64,000 nucleotides of DNA from an uncultured Nitrospiraceae bacterium. Lineage in GTDB: Bacteria > Hydrogenedentota > Hydrogenedentia > Hydrogenedentales > SLHB01. Below the pieces are notes generated by a model. The model saw nothing but the letters and a program-made list of their open reading frames with translations. It did no database searches and had not been told where the DNA came from. Where the stretch lies: positions 27,314 to 91,313 of the forward strand of contig CAYOCT010000024.1 in NCBI GenBank assembly GCA_964402555.1, given 5' to 3'. The first letter of the stretch is position 1, and each line of letters opens with the position of its first letter. A program made the translations under genes and the position numbers. This document shows positions 27,182-35,797 of the stretch, piece by piece.

Positions 27182-28129
27182 TTATCCTTCCAGCGCTTCC
27201 AACCACCGCGTACAATCGATCGCGGCCATACATCCCGAACCCGACGCGGTGATCGCCTGGCGATACACGCGGTCCTGCACGTCGCCCGCGGCGAACACAC
27301 CCGCTGCGTTGGTGTACGTACTGTTCGGTTTCGTCACGAGGTACCCCGTTTCGTCCATGTCGAGAATACCGGCGAACAGGTCGGTGTTGGGCTTGTGGCC
27401 GATCGCCGCGAAGTAGCCCGTGCACGCGACCTCGCGCAACTCGCCCGAAACCACGTCCTTGAGCCGCACGCCGGTCACGCCGTCCTTGTCGTTGCCGAGC
27501 ACTTCATCAACCACCGTATTCCACTCGACCGTGATCTTTTCGTGCGCGCACACGCGGTCGCCCATGATTTTGCTCGCGCGGAACTTGTCGCGCCGATGGA
27601 CCACGTGGACTCGCGACGCGAACTTGGTGAGGAATAGCGACTCTTCCATCGCCGTGTCGCCACCGCCGACCACCACGATCGGCTTGTTACGGAAGCGCGG
27701 CAATGCGCCGTCGCAGGTCGCGCACCCGGATACGCCCCGGTTCATAAAGTGTTGCTCCGACTCGATCCCGAGATAGCGCGCCGAGGCGCCTGTCGCGATG
27801 ATCACTGACTTCGTCTCCCAGGCATCGTCTCCGGAACGCACGACGAGCGGGAGCTTCGAGAAATCGACAGCGGTCGCCGTCCTCGATTCGAACCGGGCGC
27901 CAAAACGGGCGGCCTGGCGCTTGAACAAGTCCATCATCTCCGGCCCGGCCACGCCCTCGGGGAAACCGGGGTAGTTCTCGACCTCGGTGGTCGTCATCAA
28001 TTGTCCGCCGGGCAGGATGTCCCTGCTCAATTCGCCTTCCAGCACGAGAGGCGCAAGGTCCGCGCGCGCGGTATACAACGCCGCGGTACATCCTGCCGGG
28101 CCTCCACCCAATACGATTACATTCTCCAT
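27182..28129 (-). CDS. trxB: thioredoxin-disulfide reductase
   Basis: GGGPAGCTAA FAD motif, redox-active CATC, GGGDTAMEE NADPH motif and GDV at the C-terminus. Length 315 aa. Confidence 0.9.
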   Translation of the reverse strand: MENVIVLGGGPAGCTAALYTARADLAPLVLEGELSRDILPGGQLMTTTEVENYPGFPEGVAGPEMMDLFKRQAARFGARFESRTATAVDFSKLPLVVRSGDDAWETKSVIIATGASARYLGIESEQHFMNRGVSGCATCDGALPRFRNKPIVVVGGGDTAMEESLFLTKFASRVHVVHRRDKFRASKIMGDRVCAHEKITVEWNTVVDEVLGNDKDGVTGVRLKDVVSGELREVACTGYFAAIGHKPNTDLFAGILDMDETGYLVTKPNSTYTNAAGVFAAGDVQDRVYRQAITASGSGCMAAIDCTRWLEALEG

Positions 28130-28301
28130 GCCATTTCTCCGTTAGCCGCGTGCTCCAAGGAATCCCGCACAGGACACCCCAAACTTGGAGCGATTATATG
28201 CCACTCTTGTGAGTCACACAAACGCGGAGTGAAGTGGCCAGCCAGTCTCGGGTATCCGGTTCTCTACTCGCTGCCCCCAGTTTCCATGCAACTCCGTCCC
28301 T

Positions 28302-28410
28302 TCTTGCTCTTGCTCTTGCTCGTGATCGTGCTCGTGCTCGTGATCGTGATCGTGATCGTGATCGTGATCGTGATCGTGATCGTAATCGTAATCGTAATCG
28401 TAATCGTAAT
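28302..28410. repeat. graded hexanucleotide microsatellite (CTCTTG)3-(CTCGTG/ATCGTG)~10-(ATCGTA)5
   Basis: About 110 bp of perfect 6-bp periodicity whose unit sequence drifts along the array. It lies in the trxB/metX divergent intergenic region. Confidence 0.8.
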
Positions 28411-28536
28411 CGGGTTGTTCGCAGTCGACTGCTGGCATTGCCCAGAACCTTAGTGTGTAGCGCTTTTTCGCGCCGTGCTCGTATCTCCAGCATCTCCCTA
28501 ATAACTGGAGAGTACGGAGGGTTTTCCGACGGCGCC

Positions 28537-28565
28537 TTGCCCATGCGATGGACTTCCGGTATAGT
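28537..28565 (+). promoter_or_regulatory. putative promoter TTGCCC-N17-TATAGT for metX
   Basis: The hexamers are spaced 17 nt apart and lie 40 nt upstream of the metX ATG. Confidence 0.35.
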
Positions 28566-28605
28566 GTCGCTTTGCGAAACCTGAGGCGCATTCGAGACTG
28601 CATCC

Positions 28606-30429
28606 ATGGCCGAGCCTGGTTCTGTTGGCATAGTCCAAACCCAGTACTTCACGTTTGCCGAGCCACCGCACGAGATGGAACTCGCTTGCGGGCGCAAACT
28701 CGGCCCGATCACGCTCGCGTACGAGACCTACGGCACGCTCAACGCCGACCGCTCGAACGCCGTGCTCATCCTGCACGCTCTATCGGGCGACGCCCACGTG
28801 GCGGGCTACCATGGCCCCGACGACCGCAAGCCGGGATGGTGGGACAACATGGTCGGCCCGGGCAAAGGCTTCGACACGGACAAGTACTTCGTCATTTGCT
28901 CGAACGTGATCGGCGGGTGCCAAGGCTCCACGGGGCCATGGTCGATCGACCCGGCGACGGGCAAGGCCTACGGCCTGTCGTTTCCTATCATCACCATCGC
29001 CGACATGGTCTGCGCGCAGCGCCACCTCATCGACCACCTCGGCATCGAGACGCTGCTCACGGTTGCGGGCGGATCGATGGGCGGCATGCAGGCCCTGGAA
29101 TGGGCCACGCGCTATCCCGGCAGGATGAAGTCGGCGATGATTATCGCGTCGTCGCACCTCAGCGCGGCACAGGCCATCGCCTTCAACGCGGTGGGCCGCC
29201 ACGCCGTGCTTGCCGATCCCTTGTTCAACGAGGGCAATTACTATGATGTCGAAGCGCCGGCGCGTGGCCTGTCCATCGCGCGGATGCTCGCCCACATTAC
29301 GTACCTCTCGCAGGAATCCATGCACGCCAAGTTCGGCCGCGCGTTGCGCTGGGCAGACCAGTACAAGTACGACTTCGACAGCGAGTTCTCGGTCGAAACG
29401 TATCTCGATTACCAAGGCGAGCAGTTCGTCAATCGCTTCGACGCCAACAGTTACCTCTACATTACGAAGGCTATCGACTACTTCGATTTGGCTGCGGCCT
29501 ACGGTTCGCTAGACAACGCCATGGCGCGCGTGCAGTGCGATATGCTGGTCCTGTCGTATTCGAGCGACTGGCTATACCCTCCCGCGGATTCCGAGCGGAT
29601 CGTCTACGCGCTGACGCACCAACAGAAGCAGGTCACGTACGCGAACATCAATTCCGCCTACGGTCACGACGCGTTTCTTCTCGAAGTCGACGTGATGGAG
29701 AACATCATCCGCGGCTTTCTCAACAATGAATCCGAACCGGGCAGGTATTGCGCTCATCGTCCGAAGTGCGCGTGCACACGCCAAGCGGGCGCGACCGCCG
29801 AGTTCTCGCCCGACAGCATCTACGCGGGGCGGCGCATCGACTACGAGCGGATTATCGATCTGATCGAGGCGGGCAGCCGCGTGCTCGATATCGGCTGCGG
29901 GGACGGGGTCCTGCTGTGCGAACTCCTTCGCGGCAAAGGGGTCAAGGGCCTCGGCATCGAACTCGATCAGGGGAGTGTCGTCAACTGCATCCAATGCGGC
30001 GTGCCGGTCGTGCAGGCCGATATCGACAAAGGGTTGAGCGGGCTGCCCGACAAGAGCTACGACTACGTTATCCTCAGCATGACCCTGCAAGTCATCAAGC
30101 GCCCCGAGATCGCCATCCGCGAAATGCTGCGCGTGGGCCGCAAGTGCATTATCAGCTTCCCGAACTTCGGATTCTGGAAGGTGCGGCTGAAGACGGCAAT
30201 CCGGGGTGAAGCGCCCGTCACACGCAATTTGCCGTACGCATGGTACGTGTCGCCCAACCGGCACGTGCTGAGCATCATGGACTTTCGCGATTTCTGCGCA
30301 AGCCACAACGCGGAGATCCTCGAAGAAATCGGCATCTCCAGCCACGGCAAAAGCATTCGCAAAGCTAAGGTGTGGCCGAACCTCTTCGCCGACGAGGCGA
30401 TCTTCGTGATTACAGGCAAAGACACGTGA
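28606..30429 (+). CDS. metX: homoserine O-acetyltransferase fused to MetW methyltransferase-like domain
   Basis: The N-terminal 370 aa are a classic MetX alpha/beta hydrolase (GGSMGGMQALEW nucleophile elbow). The C-terminal ~200 aa carry a MetW-like SAM-binding fold (VLDIGCGDGVLL). Confidence 0.85.
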   Translation: MAEPGSVGIVQTQYFTFAEPPHEMELACGRKLGPITLAYETYGTLNADRSNAVLILHALSGDAHVAGYHGPDDRKPGWWDNMVGPGKGFDTDKYFVICSNVIGGCQGSTGPWSIDPATGKAYGLSFPIITIADMVCAQRHLIDHLGIETLLTVAGGSMGGMQALEWATRYPGRMKSAMIIASSHLSAAQAIAFNAVGRHAVLADPLFNEGNYYDVEAPARGLSIARMLAHITYLSQESMHAKFGRALRWADQYKYDFDSEFSVETYLDYQGEQFVNRFDANSYLYITKAIDYFDLAAAYGSLDNAMARVQCDMLVLSYSSDWLYPPADSERIVYALTHQQKQVTYANINSAYGHDAFLLEVDVMENIIRGFLNNESEPGRYCAHRPKCACTRQAGATAEFSPDSIYAGRRIDYERIIDLIEAGSRVLDIGCGDGVLLCELLRGKGVKGLGIELDQGSVVNCIQCGVPVVQADIDKGLSGLPDKSYDYVILSMTLQVIKRPEIAIREMLRVGRKCIISFPNFGFWKVRLKTAIRGEAPVTRNLPYAWYVSPNRHVLSIMDFRDFCASHNAEILEEIGISSHGKSIRKAKVWPNLFADEAIFVITGKDT

Positions 30430-30468
30430 TTCGTGCACAGTACGGGATGGACTTACAAAGGAGTAGAT

Positions 30469-31767
30469 ATGAAGCAAGGATGGGCAATGGCATTGGCCGC
30501 GGCGGTCGTAGGATGGAGTCTTTGGGCCGCGGCGCTTGGCGATGACGACGGCAAACACATCATGCGGGTTAAAGACGACACGCTCATGCAGGGCAAACAG
30601 GCGTTCGTCATGCGCGCCATCGAAACGCCGGGCATTGCGAACGCCGGCATGGCTCACACCGACCTCGCCGTAGCGCTTGCGCGCGTCGCGGAAGTCGGCG
30701 CGAACACGGTGTGCTTCGACGCGCCCGGACTCAGCGCGGACGGCACTTCGATCGACCCGGATGCGTTGAAGTCCATCGATGCCCTCATGGAGGCGCTCAA
30801 CTACCAGCGCATGGGCGCGATCTGCAGGGTGTTCGCGGCGGACGGCCCCAAGGACGCGGCCTACCGCAAGACGGTTCTCGAAACGGTAGCGCGAACGCTC
30901 AAGCCCGAGAATCGCATGATCTACTGGATAGACGGCCCCGATGCCGACGCGATGGCAAAAGCGTTCAAGAAGATCGCTCCCGCCTTGGTGGTTGCGTCCG
31001 AGAAAGACGGCGATATGGACGTCGTGACCGCGGTACCGGTATCGGCCCCCGCGAAACCGGCGCTGGTCTTCGGCGCCGTACCCGGCGCGGCGTTGCGCGC
31101 GAGCGTCCACTGCGTCATGCCCGCGGGCGATGCCTCGTATCAGGCCTTCGATACGGCCATGGCCGATCCTCTGGAATCGAAGCCATGGACTCCGGACAAT
31201 TCCAAGTTGTCCGAGCAGGAACGGGCCGACGGGTTCGTTTCGCTATTCGACGGCAAGACGCTGGACGGATGGTGGATGCTTGGCGTAAACAAGAATGGAT
31301 TCGCCGTCAACGACGGGACCATCGAGTGGAAATCGGTGGGCGGCCAGGCGCTCTACACGCACGACCGCTACGACAATTTCGTGCTGCGAATTGAATGGAA
31401 GATCAACCCGCGCGGCAACAGCGGCATCTATATCCGCGCGCCCCGTTCGGGACGGCAATCGAAGATCGGCATGGAGATCCAAGTCCAGGGCGACGCGGGA
31501 GAACCGGTCACGTTCCAGACGACCGCGTCCATCTACTCGGTGATCGCGCCAACCAAGAACGCGAGCAAGCCGGCGGGCGAATGGAACGCAATGGAGATCA
31601 CCGCGGACGGACCGCACGTCAAAGTCGTGCTTAACGGCGAGACGGTCCAGGACGCGAATCTGGATCAGAGCGACGAACTGCGCGTGCGCTTGCGCCGCGG
31701 GTTCATCGGCTTACAGGACCACGGCTGCTACGTAGCGTATCGGAACATTCGCATCAAGAAACTGTAA
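30469..31767 (+). CDS. secreted protein with C-terminal DUF1080 (3-keto-disaccharide hydrolase-like) domain
   Basis: Signal peptide with AAAGGAG upstream. The C-terminal region FVSLFDGKTLDGW...NSGIYIR...GFIGLQDHG..VAYRNIRIK matches DUF1080. The N-terminal ~230 aa are of unknown family. Confidence 0.75.
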   Translation: MKQGWAMALAAAVVGWSLWAAALGDDDGKHIMRVKDDTLMQGKQAFVMRAIETPGIANAGMAHTDLAVALARVAEVGANTVCFDAPGLSADGTSIDPDALKSIDALMEALNYQRMGAICRVFAADGPKDAAYRKTVLETVARTLKPENRMIYWIDGPDADAMAKAFKKIAPALVVASEKDGDMDVVTAVPVSAPAKPALVFGAVPGAALRASVHCVMPAGDASYQAFDTAMADPLESKPWTPDNSKLSEQERADGFVSLFDGKTLDGWWMLGVNKNGFAVNDGTIEWKSVGGQALYTHDRYDNFVLRIEWKINPRGNSGIYIRAPRSGRQSKIGMEIQVQGDAGEPVTFQTTASIYSVIAPTKNASKPAGEWNAMEITADGPHVKVVLNGETVQDANLDQSDELRVRLRRGFIGLQDHGCYVAYRNIRIKKL

Positions 31768-31780
31768 GAGGAGGCGTTGG

Positions 31781-33268
31781 ATGAAACCACGTTGGTTACT
31801 TCCACTGGCGTGCAGCCTCATCCTGTTCGCGGTCGGATGCGGGCAATTCATTCGCGGCGCGGCGCCCAGCGAGATGGGATTCGACGGCGCGGCCACCGTT
31901 GTCGAGGAAACCCACCAGGGATCGATCGGGATCGTGACGGTCAAGCTGCCGTACCTCGACGTCAACGGCAATACGAAGCTTGGCAAGGGCCGGATTATGA
32001 TCCGGCGCGCCGACCTGTTCTCGGGCCATCCGGTACCGCTGTTCTGCCACGTCCATTACGAGAAAGATCCGGGCGGCGCCGCGCATTGGTGCAATCGCGG
32101 ATGGGCGGTGGCCACGGCGCACTACGACGCGGAATGCCCGATCGACGTCTCCGTGGGCGACGGTTATAACCTCGCGCGCGCCGTGATCGAATGGGCGCGG
32201 CGGCTGCCCTTTATCGACCGCACGCGCGTGCACATCGATGGCGGCAGCCAGGGCGGCTATATGGCGCTTGCGATGAGCGCCGATTTCTTCCCGCTTGTCG
32301 CGACCACCGCGGACGCGCCCGTCGTCAACTGGGCGTACAATCTCAATTACTTCGAGATGAACAAGCCCGCCATGCAATGGCCCCAGCAGGATTTCAAGAA
32401 CAGCCCGCTGCCGATTCTCTGTTCGGTCACGATGCTGGCGGATTGGGCGTACAAAGTGTATGGCAACGACCTCCGCGCCGAATCGTGGTACCTGATGAGT
32501 CCCATCGCGGTGCTGCAATACATCTCGGACCCGGTCATGGTGCTGTGCGCAACCGGCGACATGCTGGTGCCGATGGAGCAGATGACGCGCACCTACCTGC
32601 GCCCGATCGACGCTTCGCGTTTCCCGGCGAATTACTCGCGCGACTTTGACACGCTTACCGTCTGCGAGCCCGCGCGAAAGACCTTCGAGGAATGCCTGCC
32701 CGCCGATTCCTACGCGGTTAACGTGGTGCCGCTCCAGGAACACAGCTTCGAGCTGACCTTGGGTATGCTCACGAACCAGGAGAAAAAGCCCGCGCTACGC
32801 CCCGCGAGCGAGCAACGCCCGTGGTCGCAAGACCGACAGTGGTCGCTCTGCTATATGGACGAGGGAGGCGCGTCGCCCTACGGCAGCCACACGAGCTACG
32901 AATGGAACCTCTCGCCGGACAGCTTCGTCGACGCGCATCAGAAGAATCCTCCCGCTGCCGATACGTTGACGGCGGCCAAGCTGGACCGGCTCCTGCAGCG
33001 CTACGAGGGGCATCACAAAGAGACGCTTACGCTCGCGGACGGCAAGCCCGCGAATCGCTTGAACTACCCTGCCATCGAGCAGTATGACGTGCTTACGGCG
33101 CTGAACGATTACGCGAATCTTGGACCCGACTATGCGGCGCGGCTCGTATCGCTATACGCCGCGGGCGAACGGCATCCGTTCGGCCCGGCGCTTGACCTCA
33201 AATCGGTCGCCAAGGAACGCAGCGGCCTGCTTCCGGCGCAGCCCTCTGCACAGGAAGACAACGGATGA
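31781..33268 (+). CDS. lipoprotein, alpha/beta hydrolase (esterase/peptidase-like)
   Basis: Lipobox VGC and the nucleophile elbow GGSQGG. Confidence 0.6.
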   Translation: MKPRWLLPLACSLILFAVGCGQFIRGAAPSEMGFDGAATVVEETHQGSIGIVTVKLPYLDVNGNTKLGKGRIMIRRADLFSGHPVPLFCHVHYEKDPGGAAHWCNRGWAVATAHYDAECPIDVSVGDGYNLARAVIEWARRLPFIDRTRVHIDGGSQGGYMALAMSADFFPLVATTADAPVVNWAYNLNYFEMNKPAMQWPQQDFKNSPLPILCSVTMLADWAYKVYGNDLRAESWYLMSPIAVLQYISDPVMVLCATGDMLVPMEQMTRTYLRPIDASRFPANYSRDFDTLTVCEPARKTFEECLPADSYAVNVVPLQEHSFELTLGMLTNQEKKPALRPASEQRPWSQDRQWSLCYMDEGGASPYGSHTSYEWNLSPDSFVDAHQKNPPAADTLTAAKLDRLLQRYEGHHKETLTLADGKPANRLNYPAIEQYDVLTALNDYANLGPDYAARLVSLYAAGERHPFGPALDLKSVAKERSGLLPAQPSAQEDNG

Positions 33269-34203
33269 CAGCGCTCACGCTGGCCACGGGAATCATCGCG
33301 TCCGCCTTGGCCGCCCAGGACGCTCCGGCCGGCTTTGCGGAATGCTCGGTCTCGCAACTCCGTTGCGTCATCGGCAACAACGTGGAGAACGGCGCGCATA
33401 AGGCGGGGTACAACGGCATGTTCGCGATGTACGCGCCGGACCTCGACGTTTCGCCGTTTGTCCCGGCCTACGCGGGCCTCAACCTCGAACACTATTTCGA
33501 CACGCGCGCACAACGCCACGAGCGCGAGATCTTCTTCGAGCCGCGATGCGCGCCGATGGAATTCGCGCGCCTCTCCGGCACGGCGGTCGAACTCCACCAG
33601 CCGGCGACGCCGTTCTGGCACGTCGAAAGCTGGACGCGGTTCGATCTGCGCGAACCTTACTACGTCGACATGACGTTCCGCTGCATCGCGCACGAGCCGG
33701 GCCTCGAAGGCGGATGCCTGGGCATGTTCTGGGCCTCGTATATCAACGCGCCGCTCGACAAGAGCGTCTATTTCCTGGGCGCGGGATCGACGCTGGACAA
33801 GCCGCAATGGGTCCAGTACTGTACGCAGACGCACGGGCGCGACAGTACAGTCTGCTCCGAGGCCGACACCGCCACGGTCGCGTTTGCGCAGGGCGACGGG
33901 ACGTTGTTCAATTCAATCTCGCCGCTCCGTTATTCGGAGCCGTTCTTTTACGGTCGGTTCCGCGACAAGGTGCTCATCTATATCTTCGAGCGCGACCCGC
34001 GCGTGCGCTTCTCGCACTCACCGTCAGGCGGCGGCTCCACGGAGGCGGGCGACGCGCAGAACCCTGCGTGGGATTTCCAATTCATCGTCCCTCAATATGA
34101 ACCCGGCAAAGAGTACCGCATGAACATGCGCCTGGTGTACAAACCGTGGGTGGATCGCGCCGACGTGTTAAACGAGGTGCGTGGCTATCTTAATGGACAC
34201 TAA
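33265..34203 (+). CDS. hypothetical secreted protein
   Basis: Overlaps the upstream gene by 4 bp, which suggests an operon. It has a signal-like N-terminus. No family was recognised. Confidence 0.45.
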   Translation: MTALTLATGIIASALAAQDAPAGFAECSVSQLRCVIGNNVENGAHKAGYNGMFAMYAPDLDVSPFVPAYAGLNLEHYFDTRAQRHEREIFFEPRCAPMEFARLSGTAVELHQPATPFWHVESWTRFDLREPYYVDMTFRCIAHEPGLEGGCLGMFWASYINAPLDKSVYFLGAGSTLDKPQWVQYCTQTHGRDSTVCSEADTATVAFAQGDGTLFNSISPLRYSEPFFYGRFRDKVLIYIFERDPRVRFSHSPSGGGSTEAGDAQNPAWDFQFIVPQYEPGKEYRMNMRLVYKPWVDRADVLNEVRGYLNGH

Positions 34204-34345
34204 ACTGAGCGTAGAACGGGGACTGACTCGCGTTTCGGCAGTTTGAAACGCGTGTCTGTCCCCGCTTTTCGCGGCCCAGCAGACAACGTACAACGAGCGA
34301 TCGTCATGTTCTACACAGGTCTAATCAAGCAGCGAGGGCAACGTT

Positions 34346-35779
34346 ATGAGCGACGTTTCGAGACGGGTGTTTCTTGGTTCGGTAAGTGTGGCTGCAGGCG
34401 CGGGTGTCGCGGCGCAGGGCGAGTCGGCGCCGCAAACTCCACTGAAGGCGCCCGCCATGACGCCTGAACTCCGCAACGATATCCGAACGCTGGTCGACAA
34501 AACGCCGATCGTGGACACCCATGAACATCTGTGGGAAGAGTCGTTGCGCCTTAAGACGAAGAACGGACCCGGGCAGCCGCCTCCCCCGGACTTCGGCATC
34601 TTCTTCTGCCATTACTCGGATTCCGACTTGCAGGTCGCCGGGATGTCGGGCGCCGATTGCCATAAGCTGACCTCGCGCGATATCGATGTGCGCGACAAGT
34701 GGAAGTTGGTTGCGCCGTATTACGAACGCTGCCGCAACGCGGGCTACCAGCTCTGCATCCGCGAGAGCGTGCGCGCCCTGTACGGCATAGACGATCTCAC
34801 GGCCGACACATTCCAGGCCGTTTCCGATCAACTCGCCTCCATGGTGCAGCCCGGATTCTATAAGCGCATCCTTCGTGACGTGGCCAACATCGAATACGCG
34901 CAGGTGAACTCGCTGGACGCGCCCGTCTTTCAGAAGGCCGAGGAGCAGCCGGACCTGCTCATGCAGGACATCTCGACGATCCCGCTTGCCACGGGTCCCG
35001 CCATCGAAAGCGTGTCGCACCTCGTGGGGCGCGAGTTGCCCGCGTTGAAAGATTTCCGCGAGGCGATCGACTGGTGCTTCGCGACGTTCGGGCCCCGCGC
35101 CATCGCGGTAAAGAATCAGTGCGCGTACGGGCGCGCGCTGGATTTCGACAAGGTCAGCGAAGAAGACGCCGCACCCATTTACGCGCGTTTGGCCGCCGAC
35201 CCGAAGTCGGTTTCGCCCGCCGAATCCAAGGCGCTGCAGGATCACTTGTTCCATTACACGGTCGACAAGGCCGCGGAATACCATCTTCCGGTCAAGCTGC
35301 ACACAGGGTATTATGCCGGACATAACTCGATGCCGCTCGAACGGCTCCGCCGCAACGCGGGCGACCTCTGCCCGCTCTTCCTTGCGCATCCGAACACGAA
35401 GTTCGTGCTGATGCACATCGATTACCCGTATCAGGACGAGTTGATCGCGCTGGCGAAGCAGTACTCGAACGTGTACGCCGATATGTGCTGGGCATGGATC
35501 ATCAATCCGATGGCCTCGGTGCGGTTCCTGAAAGAAATCCTCATGGCCGCGCCCGCGTGCAAGGTCTTCACGTTCGGCGGCGACTACCGGCCCGTCGAAC
35601 CGGTCGTCGGCCATGCGCGCATCGCGCGCCGCGGCATCACGCAGGCCGTCACGGAACTCGTCGAGGAACGCTGGATCGACGAGAACGACGTGGAGGCGCT
35701 GGTCGAACGGATCATGCGCGGTAACGCCCACGATATTTACGAGTACGACCGAGCCTTGCGCAACTGGTCGAAAGCGTAG
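34346..35779 (+). CDS. amidohydrolase-family metal-dependent hydrolase with Tat signal
   Basis: SRRVFLGSVSVAAGAGVAA is a Tat motif. VDTHEHL is the metal-binding HxH motif of TIM-barrel amidohydrolases. Confidence 0.7.
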   Translation: MSDVSRRVFLGSVSVAAGAGVAAQGESAPQTPLKAPAMTPELRNDIRTLVDKTPIVDTHEHLWEESLRLKTKNGPGQPPPPDFGIFFCHYSDSDLQVAGMSGADCHKLTSRDIDVRDKWKLVAPYYERCRNAGYQLCIRESVRALYGIDDLTADTFQAVSDQLASMVQPGFYKRILRDVANIEYAQVNSLDAPVFQKAEEQPDLLMQDISTIPLATGPAIESVSHLVGRELPALKDFREAIDWCFATFGPRAIAVKNQCAYGRALDFDKVSEEDAAPIYARLAADPKSVSPAESKALQDHLFHYTVDKAAEYHLPVKLHTGYYAGHNSMPLERLRRNAGDLCPLFLAHPNTKFVLMHIDYPYQDELIALAKQYSNVYADMCWAWIINPMASVRFLKEILMAAPACKVFTFGGDYRPVEPVVGHARIARRGITQAVTELVEERWIDENDVEALVERIMRGNAHDIYEYDRALRNWSKA

Positions 35780-35797
35780 GCGTCGCGCGCAAGGGTA

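Noticed and set aside
24893-27637. 914-aa plus-strand ORF spanning the dehydrogenase, CoA-transferase and trxB antisense
   Set aside because: Very long ORFs arise by chance in GC-rich DNA. It overlaps three confidently assigned minus-strand genes.
28214-28603. 129-aa minus-strand ORF encoding a DY/DH/EH/EQ dipeptide-repeat (His-rich) peptide
   Set aside because: It would start 2 bp from the divergent metX start and contains the predicted metX promoter. The repeat is more simply an intergenic microsatellite. Kept as a finding for the repeat itself.
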